A stretch of 32,000 nt of DNA from Verrucomicrobiota bacterium (GTDB taxonomy: Bacteria; Verrucomicrobiota; Verrucomicrobiia; Chthoniobacterales; UBA6821). Location: contig WBXG01000011.1 of the NCBI GenBank assembly GCA_008932965.1, forward strand, positions 1 through 32,000, written 5' to 3'. The notes below the pieces were generated by a model that searched no databases, was not told the DNA's origin, and saw only the letters and a program-made list of their open reading frames with translations. The translations under genes were made by a program, and so were the position numbers. Position 1 is the first letter of the stretch, and each line of letters starts with the position of its first letter. Shown one piece after another: positions 1-8,931 of the stretch.

Positions 1-213
1 ATACTGCGTCAGTCTCGAATTGCTCCTCGGGCAGTATGAAACATACAGCCGTCGTCGCAATCCATCACCTTCGTTGACTCGCTCGCTCCCGCTCGTCTCG
101 CCCTTTCAGGCCTGTCTAAAGACAGTCTCCACCGCGGTCTCCCGACCGCCGGTGGTGTCTGCATCAGGATTCACGGCGCCTCGCGACGAACCAGTATGAA
201 ATATGCGGGTCAA
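1..213 (+). mobile_element. MITE-like palindromic element, copy A (long variant; left arm cut by window edge)
   Basis: Collinear with copy H (30957-31140), from actgcgt..gtctcgaattg through the apex hairpin ggcagtatg-aaa-catacagcc (30-50) to the right terminus gtatgaaatatgcgggtcaa (194-213). It carries an extra nested module at 73-156. Confidence 0.8.
73..156 (+). repeat. Nested GC-rich hairpin module inside copy A (second copy at 7043-7135)
   Basis: 73-110 (38 nt) and 126-156 (31 nt) are identical to 7043-7080 and 7105-7135. The module is absent from the otherwise collinear copy H. It contains two hairpins: ctgtc-taaa-gacag (112-125), and ccaccgcggtc-tccc-gaccgccggtgg (129-155; 11 bp with one bulge). 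Confidence 0.8.
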
Positions 214-269
214 TAGTATCTGTTCAATGATATTGCAAGAGTCTCTTATCAAGGTATCATTGCAAATTA

Positions 270-1634
270 ATGATTGTGTCTCAAAAAAGCTTATCCTTCT
301 TTGCCCGTTCTTATCGAAAAACAGTTGCTCACTACCTCAATCTCATCATTCCCAAAGAAGCCTCTCTCCTTGAAATAGGATGTGGAACTGGTTTTTTACT
401 CAACATGCTTCATGGAAGTAAAAAAATCGGGGTCGAGTCTAGTGAAAAAGCGATGAGTGGTGCCATTGCTCAAAACACCAGTTGTGATTTTTTCGTAGGG
501 GATGGAGAAAATTTCATTCCACCCATCTCACCTGACTATGTCGTGCTCTCTGACATGCTCCATCACGAAGAGGATGTTCAGGCTGTGTTAGAAAAAATTC
601 GTTCCTATGCAACCCCTTCCACGCGACTTGTCATCAATTGTTACAATACGCTTTGGCGTCCAGTACTTTCTTTAGCAACATTTTTTGGCCTGCGTGTTCC
701 AGAAGCCCCTGCCAATTGGCTTTCACGGCATGATCTAGAAAATCTTCTGGAGTTAGCATCATGGGAGATCATTCGAAGCGAAGCACGTATTCTTTGCCCT
801 ATCGATATTCCCTTGATTACTTCCTTTCTCAATCGCTATGTAGCTCCGCTTCTTCCGTGGTGTTGTCTTGCTCTTATTTTTATTGCACGTCCACGGCCCT
901 CATCCTCTGGGAATTCTAGAAGTGTCTCCATTATTATCCCTGCACGAAATGAATCAGGAAATATTGCTGCGGCTCTCGCACGCACTCCAAAGATGGGCTC
1001 CTGGATGGAATTTATTTTCGTGGAGGGTCATTCGACAGATGATACTTGGGAGGCCATTCAAAAAATCCAGAAAGATTATCCAGAAATGTGTATAAAAATG
1101 ATGCAGCAGTCAGGCCGGGGAAAAGGAGATGCTGTGCGTGCCGGTTATGCTATGGCAGAAGGGGAGATCTTAATGATCTTGGATGCTGATTTAACAACCC
1201 CTCCGGAGGACCTTCCGAAATTTTATCATGCTATTGCAAGTGGTCATTGTGAATTTGCCAATGGGAGTCGCCTTGTGTACCCCATGGAGGAGAAAGCAAT
1301 GCAATTCTTGAATCTCTGTGCGAACAAATTCTTTGGGATCGCTTTTTCATGGCTCCTAGGACAGCAAGTCAAAGATACCCTTTGTGGCACTAAAGTCCTC
1401 ACCCGAGAGAATTATTTAAAAATTGCAGCCAATAGAAATTATTTTGGAAATTTTGATCCCTTTGGTGACTTTGATTTGCTCTTTGGGGCTAGCAAACTCA
1501 ATCTCAAAATTCGTGATATTCCAGTCCGTTATCGAGAAAGAACCTATGGGTCAACTAACATTAGCCGTTGGAGCCATGGAGTATTGCTATTCAAAATGCT
1601 TGCCTTTGCTGCAAGAAAATTGAAATTCGTTTAA
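270..1634 (+). CDS. Bifunctional class I SAM-dependent methyltransferase / family 2 glycosyltransferase (DPM1-like polyprenyl-phosphate sugar synthase type)
   Basis: 454-aa ORF with an ATG start. The N-terminus has the SAM-binding motif LLEIGCGTGFLLNML. The C-terminal half has GT2 hallmarks: VSIIIPARNESGNI, ILDADLTTPPEDL and a YGSTNISRW tail. Confidence 0.85.
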   Translation: MIVSQKSLSFFARSYRKTVAHYLNLIIPKEASLLEIGCGTGFLLNMLHGSKKIGVESSEKAMSGAIAQNTSCDFFVGDGENFIPPISPDYVVLSDMLHHEEDVQAVLEKIRSYATPSTRLVINCYNTLWRPVLSLATFFGLRVPEAPANWLSRHDLENLLELASWEIIRSEARILCPIDIPLITSFLNRYVAPLLPWCCLALIFIARPRPSSSGNSRSVSIIIPARNESGNIAAALARTPKMGSWMEFIFVEGHSTDDTWEAIQKIQKDYPEMCIKMMQQSGRGKGDAVRAGYAMAEGEILMILDADLTTPPEDLPKFYHAIASGHCEFANGSRLVYPMEEKAMQFLNLCANKFFGIAFSWLLGQQVKDTLCGTKVLTRENYLKIAANRNYFGNFDPFGDFDLLFGASKLNLKIRDIPVRYRERTYGSTNISRWSHGVLLFKMLAFAARKLKFV

Positions 1635-1648
1635 CCCGGATATTTCAT
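1631..1648 (+). repeat. Solo left-TIR relic of the MITE-like family
   Basis: ttaacccggatatttcat is 18/18 identical to the reverse complement of 9098-9115 (terminus of copy C). Its TTAA contains the TAA stop (1632-1634) of the upstream CDS. No matching right TIR lies downstream. Confidence 0.7.
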
Positions 1649-1653
1649 TTCTT

Positions 1654-3378
1654 GTGAGTAAAGTGTTCTCTATATTTATTTTTTCCATTTTGACTGTTAC
1701 AGCGGTTTTTTGGCCCCTTTATTTTGCAGATCATTTTTTTCTCTTCCTCTGGCCCTCGATGCTCTGGGCTCTTGCTATTGGGTTTGCGAGTTCTTATCAA
1801 TGTTGGCGAGCTCCTCTGTTTACTTTTTTCTTGGCTTTATTGCCTATTGTGGCAGGAGCCCTTTATTTTGGAATGGCTCATGCTTCCGATGATTCCTTTC
1901 TACTTGCAGGAGTGATTCCCTGGAGTGATGCCGCCATGCATTTTCGCCAGGCAGCACAAATGGCTGTTTATGGAATCACACAAACAGGAATGAACGGGCG
2001 TTTTCTTTACCCTGCCTATTTTTCTTCACTCCTAACAATCTGTCATTACAATCTACTGATGGCAGAAACCCTCTGTGGATGCCTTTTTGCAGCGGGACTA
2101 GTTGTTGCCTTACGTGAGACAGCACGTGTCATTGGAGTTTCAGGAGCAAGCGTCGTTGCGCTTGTCTGTTGGCTTTTTTTTCGCGAACGCTGTGCGGGTC
2201 TTATCATGACCGAAAATCTCGGGATAATGTGTGGGGTGCTTTCTTTAGCTGCCTTTCTAAGAGGGCTCCATGGGAAACATTTTTACTTAGTAATAGTGGG
2301 AATTTTCATGCTCTCCTTGGGCCTCTGTGCACGACCTGGAGCTTTAGTTGTTTTGCCACTCCTCATTGCTTTTTCTGGATGGCTCGGATGGCAAGGAGGA
2401 ATCTCAAAAAAATGGGGCCGACTGATTCAATCTCTTTTAGCAATGGTTCTTGCACTAATCGTAGTGCTCCTTGCTTTTCATTGTAACAGAATCCTTGCTG
2501 GTTCCCTCTACGAAGGGAAAGTCATTACTAATCAGAATTTTTCCTTTACCTTGAACGGTTTGCTCACTGGGGGGAAATGGTCTGATTGTCTGGGTTGGTC
2601 CCATTGGGATTCCAAATTAGTGATGCGTGAAAATTTAAGACTGATTCAAGAACAACCCCAACTCCTTTTTCTTGGAGCTCTACGCGCTTATAAAGAAGCT
2701 CTTTCCCATCGTACTTTATTTCAATTCCACCAGGAATCACGCCTTGCGACATTTCTGTTGATCATGGCATTTATTGGTTTGGTGGCTCTCTGGAAAAGAG
2801 AACAACTTCGACCTTACGCACTTTGGTTGACCTTGATAACAGTTGGAATCCTTCTCTCCATTCCTTTTGCTCCCCCTTGGGATGCTGCAGAGAGGCCTTT
2901 TGCAGCAACAGTCCCATTCCAAGGCCTCCTTGCAGGTGTTGGATTTTTCGCACTTGCACACCGTTTTTTTGTTTTTGATAGGAGTTTGCCTCTCCCTCCC
3001 TCAACGATGCCTCGTAGTGATCTTGGTATACTCCTTCTTCTAGTATCACTCGTTTTCTTTCTCACGGTTCCATGGCCTCTGATCCATCAAAAAAATCTTT
3101 TTAACAAGGAAGGAACAACCTCATCGATGGCATTATATCCTGGTTCTTTTGTACTAGTAACTCCGGAAAACCGTTTTGAGTTAGAGAGTCGTATGATTCC
3201 TTTCCTACGTCATTATCCAAGTGAAGGTGAATTTCTAATGCATCTTCCATCCCATGTTTTCCTAGGGATTGATTGGAGTAATAAAAATTTTGATCGCTCT
3301 ATTTTTCTCAATAGTGTAGGAGAGACAGTTCCTTTTCGGGGTTGGAATGTAGATCAGCGATTACTTCCTAAAAAATAG
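1654..3378 (+). CDS. Polytopic membrane protein, possibly a GT-C / ArnT-PMT-like glycosyltransferase
   Basis: 574-aa ORF with a GTG start. The N-terminal two-thirds contain many hydrophobic helices, followed by a soluble C-terminal domain. It lies 20 nt downstream of a polyprenyl-P-sugar-synthase-like GT2. The family assignment rests on topology and context only. Confidence 0.6.
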   Translation: MSKVFSIFIFSILTVTAVFWPLYFADHFFLFLWPSMLWALAIGFASSYQCWRAPLFTFFLALLPIVAGALYFGMAHASDDSFLLAGVIPWSDAAMHFRQAAQMAVYGITQTGMNGRFLYPAYFSSLLTICHYNLLMAETLCGCLFAAGLVVALRETARVIGVSGASVVALVCWLFFRERCAGLIMTENLGIMCGVLSLAAFLRGLHGKHFYLVIVGIFMLSLGLCARPGALVVLPLLIAFSGWLGWQGGISKKWGRLIQSLLAMVLALIVVLLAFHCNRILAGSLYEGKVITNQNFSFTLNGLLTGGKWSDCLGWSHWDSKLVMRENLRLIQEQPQLLFLGALRAYKEALSHRTLFQFHQESRLATFLLIMAFIGLVALWKREQLRPYALWLTLITVGILLSIPFAPPWDAAERPFAATVPFQGLLAGVGFFALAHRFFVFDRSLPLPPSTMPRSDLGILLLLVSLVFFLTVPWPLIHQKNLFNKEGTTSSMALYPGSFVLVTPENRFELESRMIPFLRHYPSEGEFLMHLPSHVFLGIDWSNKNFDRSIFLNSVGETVPFRGWNVDQRLLPKK

Positions 3379-3394
3379 GGAACGCTTTCCTAGT

Positions 3395-4411
3395 ATGAAT
3401 CCAAAAATAATTCTTGTCACTGGAGGTGCTGGTTACATCGGTTCGCATACCTGTGTGGCCTTGGCTCAGGCTGGCTACAGGCCGCTGATCTTGGACAACT
3501 TCAGCAATAGCAAGACCTCTGTAATCGATCGATTAGCAACACTCATGGGAGATCCCCCTCTTTGCGTGGAGGGCGATATTCGTGACGCTGCGTTAATTAA
3601 GAAAATCTTTCACGATTATTGCTGTGAAAGTGTGATTCATTTTGCTGGCCTAAAAGCTGTTGGAGAGTCTGTGAAGCAACCGCTTCAATACTACGACGTG
3701 AATGTAGCAGGATCCCTCACTCTGTTTGCAGTAATGAAAGATTTCGGTATAAAGCATCTTATTTTTTCCTCCTCAGCTGCTGTTTATGGAGAGGAAAAAG
3801 AGCCTCCACTCCATGAGGAATCACTCCTCCATCCAGTAAATCCCTATGGTCGTTCGAAACTAATGGTAGAGGAAATATTGGAAGATCTTTATCACATGGA
3901 TTCCCACTCAAGCATCGTACGCCTTCGCTATTTTAATCCTATTGGAGCTCATCCTAGTGGACTCATCGGAGAAACTCCCAGTGGAGTCCCCAATAACCTC
4001 ATGCCCTACATCACCCAAGTTGCTGTGGGGATAAGAAAAAAACTTTCCATTTTTGGGAATGATTATCCAACTGTTGATGGAACAGCCGTGCGTGATTACA
4101 TTCATGTGATGGACTTAGCGGAGGGACATGTGGCCGCGCTTCAAAAAACAGAACGCTCTTCGGGGCTCTCCACGTTGAATTTAGGAACCGGTCGAGGTTC
4201 CTCCGTGCTTGAGCTAGTAGAGGCTTTTGAGGCTGCCACCGGAAAAAACATTCCTTATGAAATCGTAGCACGCCGTGCAGGTGATGTCGCTGCTTGCTGG
4301 GCCGACCCTAGTGCTGCTCAAAAGCAATTAGGATGGGGGGCAACACGCGATCTAAGAACCATGTGTGCTGATAGTTGGAATTGGCAACTGCGGGCTAGTT
4401 TTATTATTTAA
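3395..4411 (+). CDS. galE: UDP-glucose 4-epimerase
   Basis: 338 aa. It has the NAD-binding motif VTGGAGYIGSH, the SDR catalytic YGRSK, and full-length resemblance to GalE. Confidence 0.92.
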   Translation: MNPKIILVTGGAGYIGSHTCVALAQAGYRPLILDNFSNSKTSVIDRLATLMGDPPLCVEGDIRDAALIKKIFHDYCCESVIHFAGLKAVGESVKQPLQYYDVNVAGSLTLFAVMKDFGIKHLIFSSSAAVYGEEKEPPLHEESLLHPVNPYGRSKLMVEEILEDLYHMDSHSSIVRLRYFNPIGAHPSGLIGETPSGVPNNLMPYITQVAVGIRKKLSIFGNDYPTVDGTAVRDYIHVMDLAEGHVAALQKTERSSGLSTLNLGTGRGSSVLELVEAFEAATGKNIPYEIVARRAGDVAACWADPSAAQKQLGWGATRDLRTMCADSWNWQLRASFII

Positions 4412-6833
4412 TGGAACTGGCATTAGAATGGATCTTGGGCAATGCAATATATTTGGGTCTCCAGGTGGGAGTTTTCATAGAACCATCCCAGACATATTCA
4501 AATAATTTACTCACTGGAAAGAGAACTAGTCCAGGAAGTCCTTTAACATTAAGACGCATTTGCATGTTAATATGATCCTCAAGGTAAAAGATATCTCCAT
4601 AGCCAATCATGCTAAATTCGGCACTTTGAATAGAAAGGTTTTTGGTGTGAATAATGCCACGTTGCACTGTAAAATCTGCGGTTGCCTGGCGCGCTGCTTG
4701 ATATCCTAAGCCTGGGTAAATATCGTTCATCAGTGTTGAGAGAGGACCAAAAATTGGCATTGCCAATACATTCCCATTTTTAATAAATAAATGCCCTTGG
4801 CCCTTCATGGCATAGTCATCCTTAGCTATTGTAGAAAAGTGGTAATTACCACTTAACCTTCCTTCAGATGTGTCGTGGTCAAAATAAAGTTTAGTGATGC
4901 TTTTAAAATCAATACTATCAAGATCGACATCAGCAGAGTAATGACCGTTGTCAGGTGCAATGGAGGCCGCAACTTGAAGTTTTACATTGCCGCCGAAAAG
5001 GGAGGCATCAGGAAGATAAATCAGAAGATCTTGTTTTTTAATCTGAATGGTACCATCTACTTTCGTGAATGTGAGGTTGCGCTTTATTAAAGTATAATCA
5101 AGGCCTTGAGGGGAATGAATTCGTAAATTCAAATCATTTTTTAAAGGATCCTTCAGGCCTAGTTTTCCAGTAACTTGAATTTCTGGAGGAGCGTGAAAGC
5201 GATAATCCTTTAGTGATTCTGCAATGCGAGGATCAATCCACATGAGAACAGTAATAGGATCGACTGCAGATTGAATTTTAGGAAAAAGAATTTCTTGATT
5301 TTTAAAATCATAGACACACTCACCTGATGCCATTTTGCCACCAATTTTCGCTAAGATATTTTGAAAATCTAAAGCCCCCTCTTTCATTTGAAATGTAGAC
5401 ACAAGAGAATCAATCCAAGCCCCTCGCACCGAAGAAGAACCTAGGTCCAGTCTTCCTGAACCTGAAAAAGCAAGAGGGTCAAGCTTGGGAGCACTTCCTT
5501 CGAAAGTAACTTGAAGGGGATCTTTAAAATTGACCAAGGAGAGAAAATTTTGCAAAGAACCTTTTGCAGCAGGGAGAAGAGATTGTGGGAGGAGCGATAG
5601 ATGAATTCTAAGACGATTATCTTGGGGGGCTATCATCAGATCGGCTTCTAAGGAGCCTGGCTCCCCAGTGAGTTGCAAATCACGAACAAGAAAACGTCCT
5701 CCTTGGTAAGTGCATCCAAAAGAAAAATGATCCATAGAAATACCCCTATAGATAAAACGTCCTGATGCTACATGAGCTTCCCCTTGAAGGACCGGAACCC
5801 CATTTTTCCAATGTGTAGCAAAGGCTCCTTCAAGATGAGGTGGGTCAATCCAAACAGACTCAGAAAGAGGATTTTTTGATAGAACAAGAGCAGAGAGAGA
5901 CCCAATGTCACACATCCCTGAAAAATTCAAAGCAGCTTGACACTCTTTAAAGTCGGCATTTCCGGAAGCATGAAGCTCTCCTTTGCTATCATCTATGAAT
6001 AGCTGGTTCAGCTTTAACAAGCCATTGGCGAATTCTAAATCTGCCCTGATTGCTGTGAAATTCCATGGACCATAATGACACGGTCCTGCAATGAAAAGTG
6101 CATGATCAATTCGTAGTAATCCAGTGTTAGTTAAATCACCACTTGCTTCAATATCGAGGGTCGGGGCTCCTCCCTCCCATTCCATGCGTTGTAAGAGTTG
6201 CTGGACACGTTCAATAGTTTGAGCAATTTTTCCTGGCTCCTGAGAGGAGACTGCTTGTGGAGCAAATGTTTTGGGATTAAGAAAATTACCGCTTGCATGA
6301 ACATGGATGCCACAGAGATCAAAATGAGCATTACTTAGGGTCAACTGTCCTGGCGGAGAAACAATTTTGGCATCGACATGATCCAGTCGCAAACGAGGCT
6401 CTTCCTTATTTCCAAGAGGAACATCAATAGAGGTGCGATTGAGCTGAAGTAAATCAATTTGAATGCTCCCTCGTGAAAGTGCTGATAAATTGGGGAAAAT
6501 CGTTATTCGTTTGGCATGCACTAGAAGACGATGCGAAGGGTTTTTTTCTAATAGCTCAAGGCCCTCGGCAATGAGTCCATCGCTGAGACTAAAAAGAAGA
6601 CGATGAATTTTTACTTCATAAAATTGACCAGCAAGTGCATTTTCAACACGGTGACGAACGCCATTTCCTAAGCCATAAAAACGGGCTGTTAAAAGAAAAA
6701 GAGGGGTGCCTGCTAAAATCAAGATAACCACAAGCTGAGCAAAGCGCGCGATAACATGACGCAGCATGGCTTCAGTATGATCGAGTATTAAGCTGAGGTT
6801 TTTTTTATTTTTAATCATCTTAACTATGCTCAT
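4404..6833 (-). CDS. AsmA/TamB-like large envelope protein (N-terminal membrane anchor followed by a long beta-rich periplasmic region)
   Basis: 809-aa ORF with a single N-terminal TM segment (LVVILILAGTPLFLLTA). The rest is long and repetitive beta-strand-like sequence, typical of AsmA-family proteins. Its 3' end overlaps galE by 8 nt (convergent). Confidence 0.65.
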   Translation of the reverse strand: MSIVKMIKNKKNLSLILDHTEAMLRHVIARFAQLVVILILAGTPLFLLTARFYGLGNGVRHRVENALAGQFYEVKIHRLLFSLSDGLIAEGLELLEKNPSHRLLVHAKRITIFPNLSALSRGSIQIDLLQLNRTSIDVPLGNKEEPRLRLDHVDAKIVSPPGQLTLSNAHFDLCGIHVHASGNFLNPKTFAPQAVSSQEPGKIAQTIERVQQLLQRMEWEGGAPTLDIEASGDLTNTGLLRIDHALFIAGPCHYGPWNFTAIRADLEFANGLLKLNQLFIDDSKGELHASGNADFKECQAALNFSGMCDIGSLSALVLSKNPLSESVWIDPPHLEGAFATHWKNGVPVLQGEAHVASGRFIYRGISMDHFSFGCTYQGGRFLVRDLQLTGEPGSLEADLMIAPQDNRLRIHLSLLPQSLLPAAKGSLQNFLSLVNFKDPLQVTFEGSAPKLDPLAFSGSGRLDLGSSSVRGAWIDSLVSTFQMKEGALDFQNILAKIGGKMASGECVYDFKNQEILFPKIQSAVDPITVLMWIDPRIAESLKDYRFHAPPEIQVTGKLGLKDPLKNDLNLRIHSPQGLDYTLIKRNLTFTKVDGTIQIKKQDLLIYLPDASLFGGNVKLQVAASIAPDNGHYSADVDLDSIDFKSITKLYFDHDTSEGRLSGNYHFSTIAKDDYAMKGQGHLFIKNGNVLAMPIFGPLSTLMNDIYPGLGYQAARQATADFTVQRGIIHTKNLSIQSAEFSMIGYGDIFYLEDHINMQMRLNVKGLPGLVLFPVSKLFEYVWDGSMKTPTWRPKYIALPKIHSNASSIK

Positions 6834-6910
6834 GAGCCTGGCTATTTTATACTAAAACATACATCGAAATTGAAAATAGGCCCTCTTGATTTCTGTTTGG
6901 GTTCAGGTTT

Positions 6911-7175
6911 TTAGACCAAATATTTCCTATCAATCACCTGCAGAAGCTAGGAAGCTAGGAAGCCAGGTCGATGCTGCATTAGACTCACATTGTGGCTTGA
7001 GCAGTATGTATGGCTACAGCCGTCTTCAAAATATGTGTCTGCGTTGACTCGCTCGCTCCCGCTCGTCTCGCCCTTTCAGGGCTGCCCCCTTAAAGCCAGG
7101 GCAGTCTCCACCGCGGTCTCCCGACCGCCGGTGGTTGCCCCATCAGTCTTGGCGGCCTCCTCTACCACGATCCAT
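6911..7175 (+). mobile_element. MITE-like palindromic element, copy B (long variant; right TIR missing)
   Basis: The left end ttagaccaaatatttcctatcaatcac aligns with the copy C (reverse complement) and F left arms. The apex is gagcagtatg..ctacagcc. The right arm ccccatcagtcttggcggcctcctc aligns with F and E. It contains the nested module 7043-7135 and an 8-bp tandem gaagctag x2.75 (6943-6964). Similarity fades at or through the stop codon of the TPM gene. Confidence 0.75.
7043..7135 (+). repeat. Nested GC-rich hairpin module inside copy B
   Basis: The flanks are identical to 73-110 and 126-156. The central hairpin is ctgccc-(11 nt)-gggcag (7082-7104), where copy A has ctgtc-taaa-gacag. Confidence 0.8.
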
Positions 7176-7905
7176 CAGCACCACCACCACCGCTCTCACC
7201 ACCTCCCCCAGAAAAGCCGCCCCAATCATTACCACCACCAGTGCCTCCTCCAAGACCACCCCCTCCGATAAACCAGCCTCCACCGCCCCCATTTTTACCT
7301 CCAGAAGATCGCTTTTGAAAAAAAGAAATAATGATGATGAGTAAAAAAAACCCGATTGGAGAAAAGAGAAGCCTTTGCCAAGAAACGATTTGTTTCTTTT
7401 TTAAGGGGTTCTCGTTTTTATATTCCCCTGCTGTTGCTTTCATAATGGCATGGATGCCATCTAGGAGAGCTTGATTAGGGTTTCCTTGTTGAAAAAGAGG
7501 AGTCATTACCTCATCGATAATCTGCTTGCAAAGGGCATCTGGCAGTGCTCCTTCTAATCCATAACCAGTCTGAATATGAATTTGATGCTCCTTCGCAAAG
7601 ATGAGAAGTAAGACACCATTGCTATTTTTTTTCGTTCCCAAATGCCAGGTGCTATAAAGTTGTTGTGCATAATCATCCAATGAAGTCCTGCTCGAAAATG
7701 TAGGTTCAATCACTACGACAATTTGATTCGAAGTCTGTTGATCAAAGCGTTCTAGTTGAGTATTGAGCTCCATAGCTACTTGAGGAGAGACCATACTGGC
7801 CTCATCATTAAAATAGTTTTTGGGTGATGGGGGTAATCCCTCTGCTCCTTGAAGAGGAATAAAACTCCATATTAGAAGAGCAAGAAAAAGGGTCAAGCGG
7901 GCCAT
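7162..7905 (-). CDS. TPM-domain (YgcG-like) protein with signal peptide, TM helix and Gly-rich tail
   Basis: 247 aa. It has an N-terminal signal-like segment and TPM-domain sequence (NQIVVVI..., GVLLLIFAKEHQIHIQTGYGLEG). A TM helix follows, and the Gly-rich C-terminus ends in GGGADGSW, which is typical of this family. Confidence 0.85.
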   Translation of the reverse strand: MARLTLFLALLIWSFIPLQGAEGLPPSPKNYFNDEASMVSPQVAMELNTQLERFDQQTSNQIVVVIEPTFSSRTSLDDYAQQLYSTWHLGTKKNSNGVLLLIFAKEHQIHIQTGYGLEGALPDALCKQIIDEVMTPLFQQGNPNQALLDGIHAIMKATAGEYKNENPLKKKQIVSWQRLLFSPIGFFLLIIIISFFQKRSSGGKNGGGGGWFIGGGGLGGGTGGGNDWGGFSGGGGESGGGGADGSW

Positions 7906-8129
7906 AGAGTTTTATATATATAGTCCAATTACTTAGAAATTACAGGCAGTTGACTTGATCTTCATAGAAAAAGGGAGCCTTCTCATTCCTTCATGATATC
8001 ACAAGGTGCGTTGATTCTTTGGTCTCTTCGCAAGGGGTACGCATGGTGCTTCCATCGACAGTAGATAAATGTTTCTAGCAGGAGATGCCGGCTACCAATA
8101 CCGGTGAGCATTCGCGTTGGAGAGTGATC

Positions 8130-8756
8130 TTATTTCTTATTGCTAAAATCAAACTTGACTGAAGGGGCTGTCTCTGAGGTTGGATTTGCAGTAAAATAAG
8201 GCTTTGGTCCATACCCCATGAATCCTGCAAGAAAGATTGCTGGAAAGGAACGTACTTTAATGTTGTAGACTTGAACTGCGGTATTGAAACGCTCACGTTC
8301 TACAGAAATGCGATTTTCAGTTCCTTCAAGTTGTGCTTGGAGATCACGAAAATTCTGACTCGATTTAAGATCTGGATAACGTTCACTAACAACTAAGAGG
8401 CGTGAGAGAGCCGTTCCAAGCTGTCCCTGTGCCTGTTGAAAAGCGGCAAGCTGGGCAGGGTCGGTCGGAGCTTGATTGGTATTGAGCTGAGCACGTCCGA
8501 CTGAAGCACGTGCCTCGGTTACCTCTACCATTGTAGATTGTTCAAACTGAGCGGCTCCTGCAACTGTCTGTACCAAGTTAGGGACTAAGTCAGCTCGGCG
8601 TTGATAGACATTTTGTACTTGTGCCCAGGCAGCATCTACCGATTGAGAAGCGCTCACAAGACCATTATAAATTCCTACAACAAAGACGACGGAGGAAATG
8701 GCAAGGAATACTACAATAGCTGCGATAATAAGTAGGATACGAAACGAATTGTTCAT
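8130..8756 (-). CDS. LemA family protein
   Basis: It has an N-terminal TM helix and a conserved LemA core (VDAAWAQVQNVYQRRADLVPNLV, ERYPDLKSSQNFRDLQAQLEGTENRI). I prefer the ATG at 8756; the ORF track extends to a GTG at 8807. It lies upstream of a TPM gene, which is the usual pairing. Confidence 0.85.
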   Translation of the reverse strand: MNNSFRILLIIAAIVVFLAISSVVFVVGIYNGLVSASQSVDAAWAQVQNVYQRRADLVPNLVQTVAGAAQFEQSTMVEVTEARASVGRAQLNTNQAPTDPAQLAAFQQAQGQLGTALSRLLVVSERYPDLKSSQNFRDLQAQLEGTENRISVERERFNTAVQVYNIKVRSFPAIFLAGFMGYGPKPYFTANPTSETAPSVKFDFSNKK

Positions 8757-8931
8757 AATAAAGAAGATCTCGGACAGGTTGTTCTTGGTAGTGTTAACAA
8801 GTGACACATGGTCGCCGTGAAATCAATATCCTTACTTGGTTCTGCTAGTGTGCACAATATTTTTATCTAAATCCTAGAATATCTATGAAATTGACATTCT
8901 AAGAATCAATCGAGTAGCTTAGAAAATTCTA

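Noticed and set aside
129-155. GC-rich 11-bp stem in the nested module as a rho-independent terminator
   Set aside because: No T/U tract follows the stem on either strand.
170-213. Outward-facing sigma70-like promoter within the right arm (ttcacg ... tatgaa)
   Set aside because: The spacer is about 19 nt and both hexamers match the consensus poorly. I cannot support a promoter call from sequence alone.
641-3065. Numerous 60-105-aa alternative-frame and antisense ORFs inside the first two genes, with similar ones throughout the window
   Set aside because: They are fully nested in longer ORFs with clear family signatures, and they have low-complexity or unremarkable translations.
7162-7175. 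Idea that the C-terminal residues (ADGSW) of the TPM protein were donated by element copy B
   Set aside because: Gly-rich tails ending in G-S-W are typical of TPM/YgcG-family proteins, so the terminus is probably ancestral. The short similarity (acgatc) to the element arm may be chance.
6990-7344. Two + strand ORFs (6990-7271 and 7135-7344) encoding His/Pro/Thr-rich peptides
   Set aside because: They run through repeat copy B and are antisense to the (GGN)n Gly-rich tail of the well-supported TPM gene. Their composition is an artefact of the complementary strand.
7980-8075. Weak resemblance of ggtgcgttgattctttggtctcttcgc to the element core (actgcgttggtctcgaa) in the TPM-LemA gap
   Set aside because: No TIRs or apex hairpin are recognisable, and the similarity is limited to a few short words.
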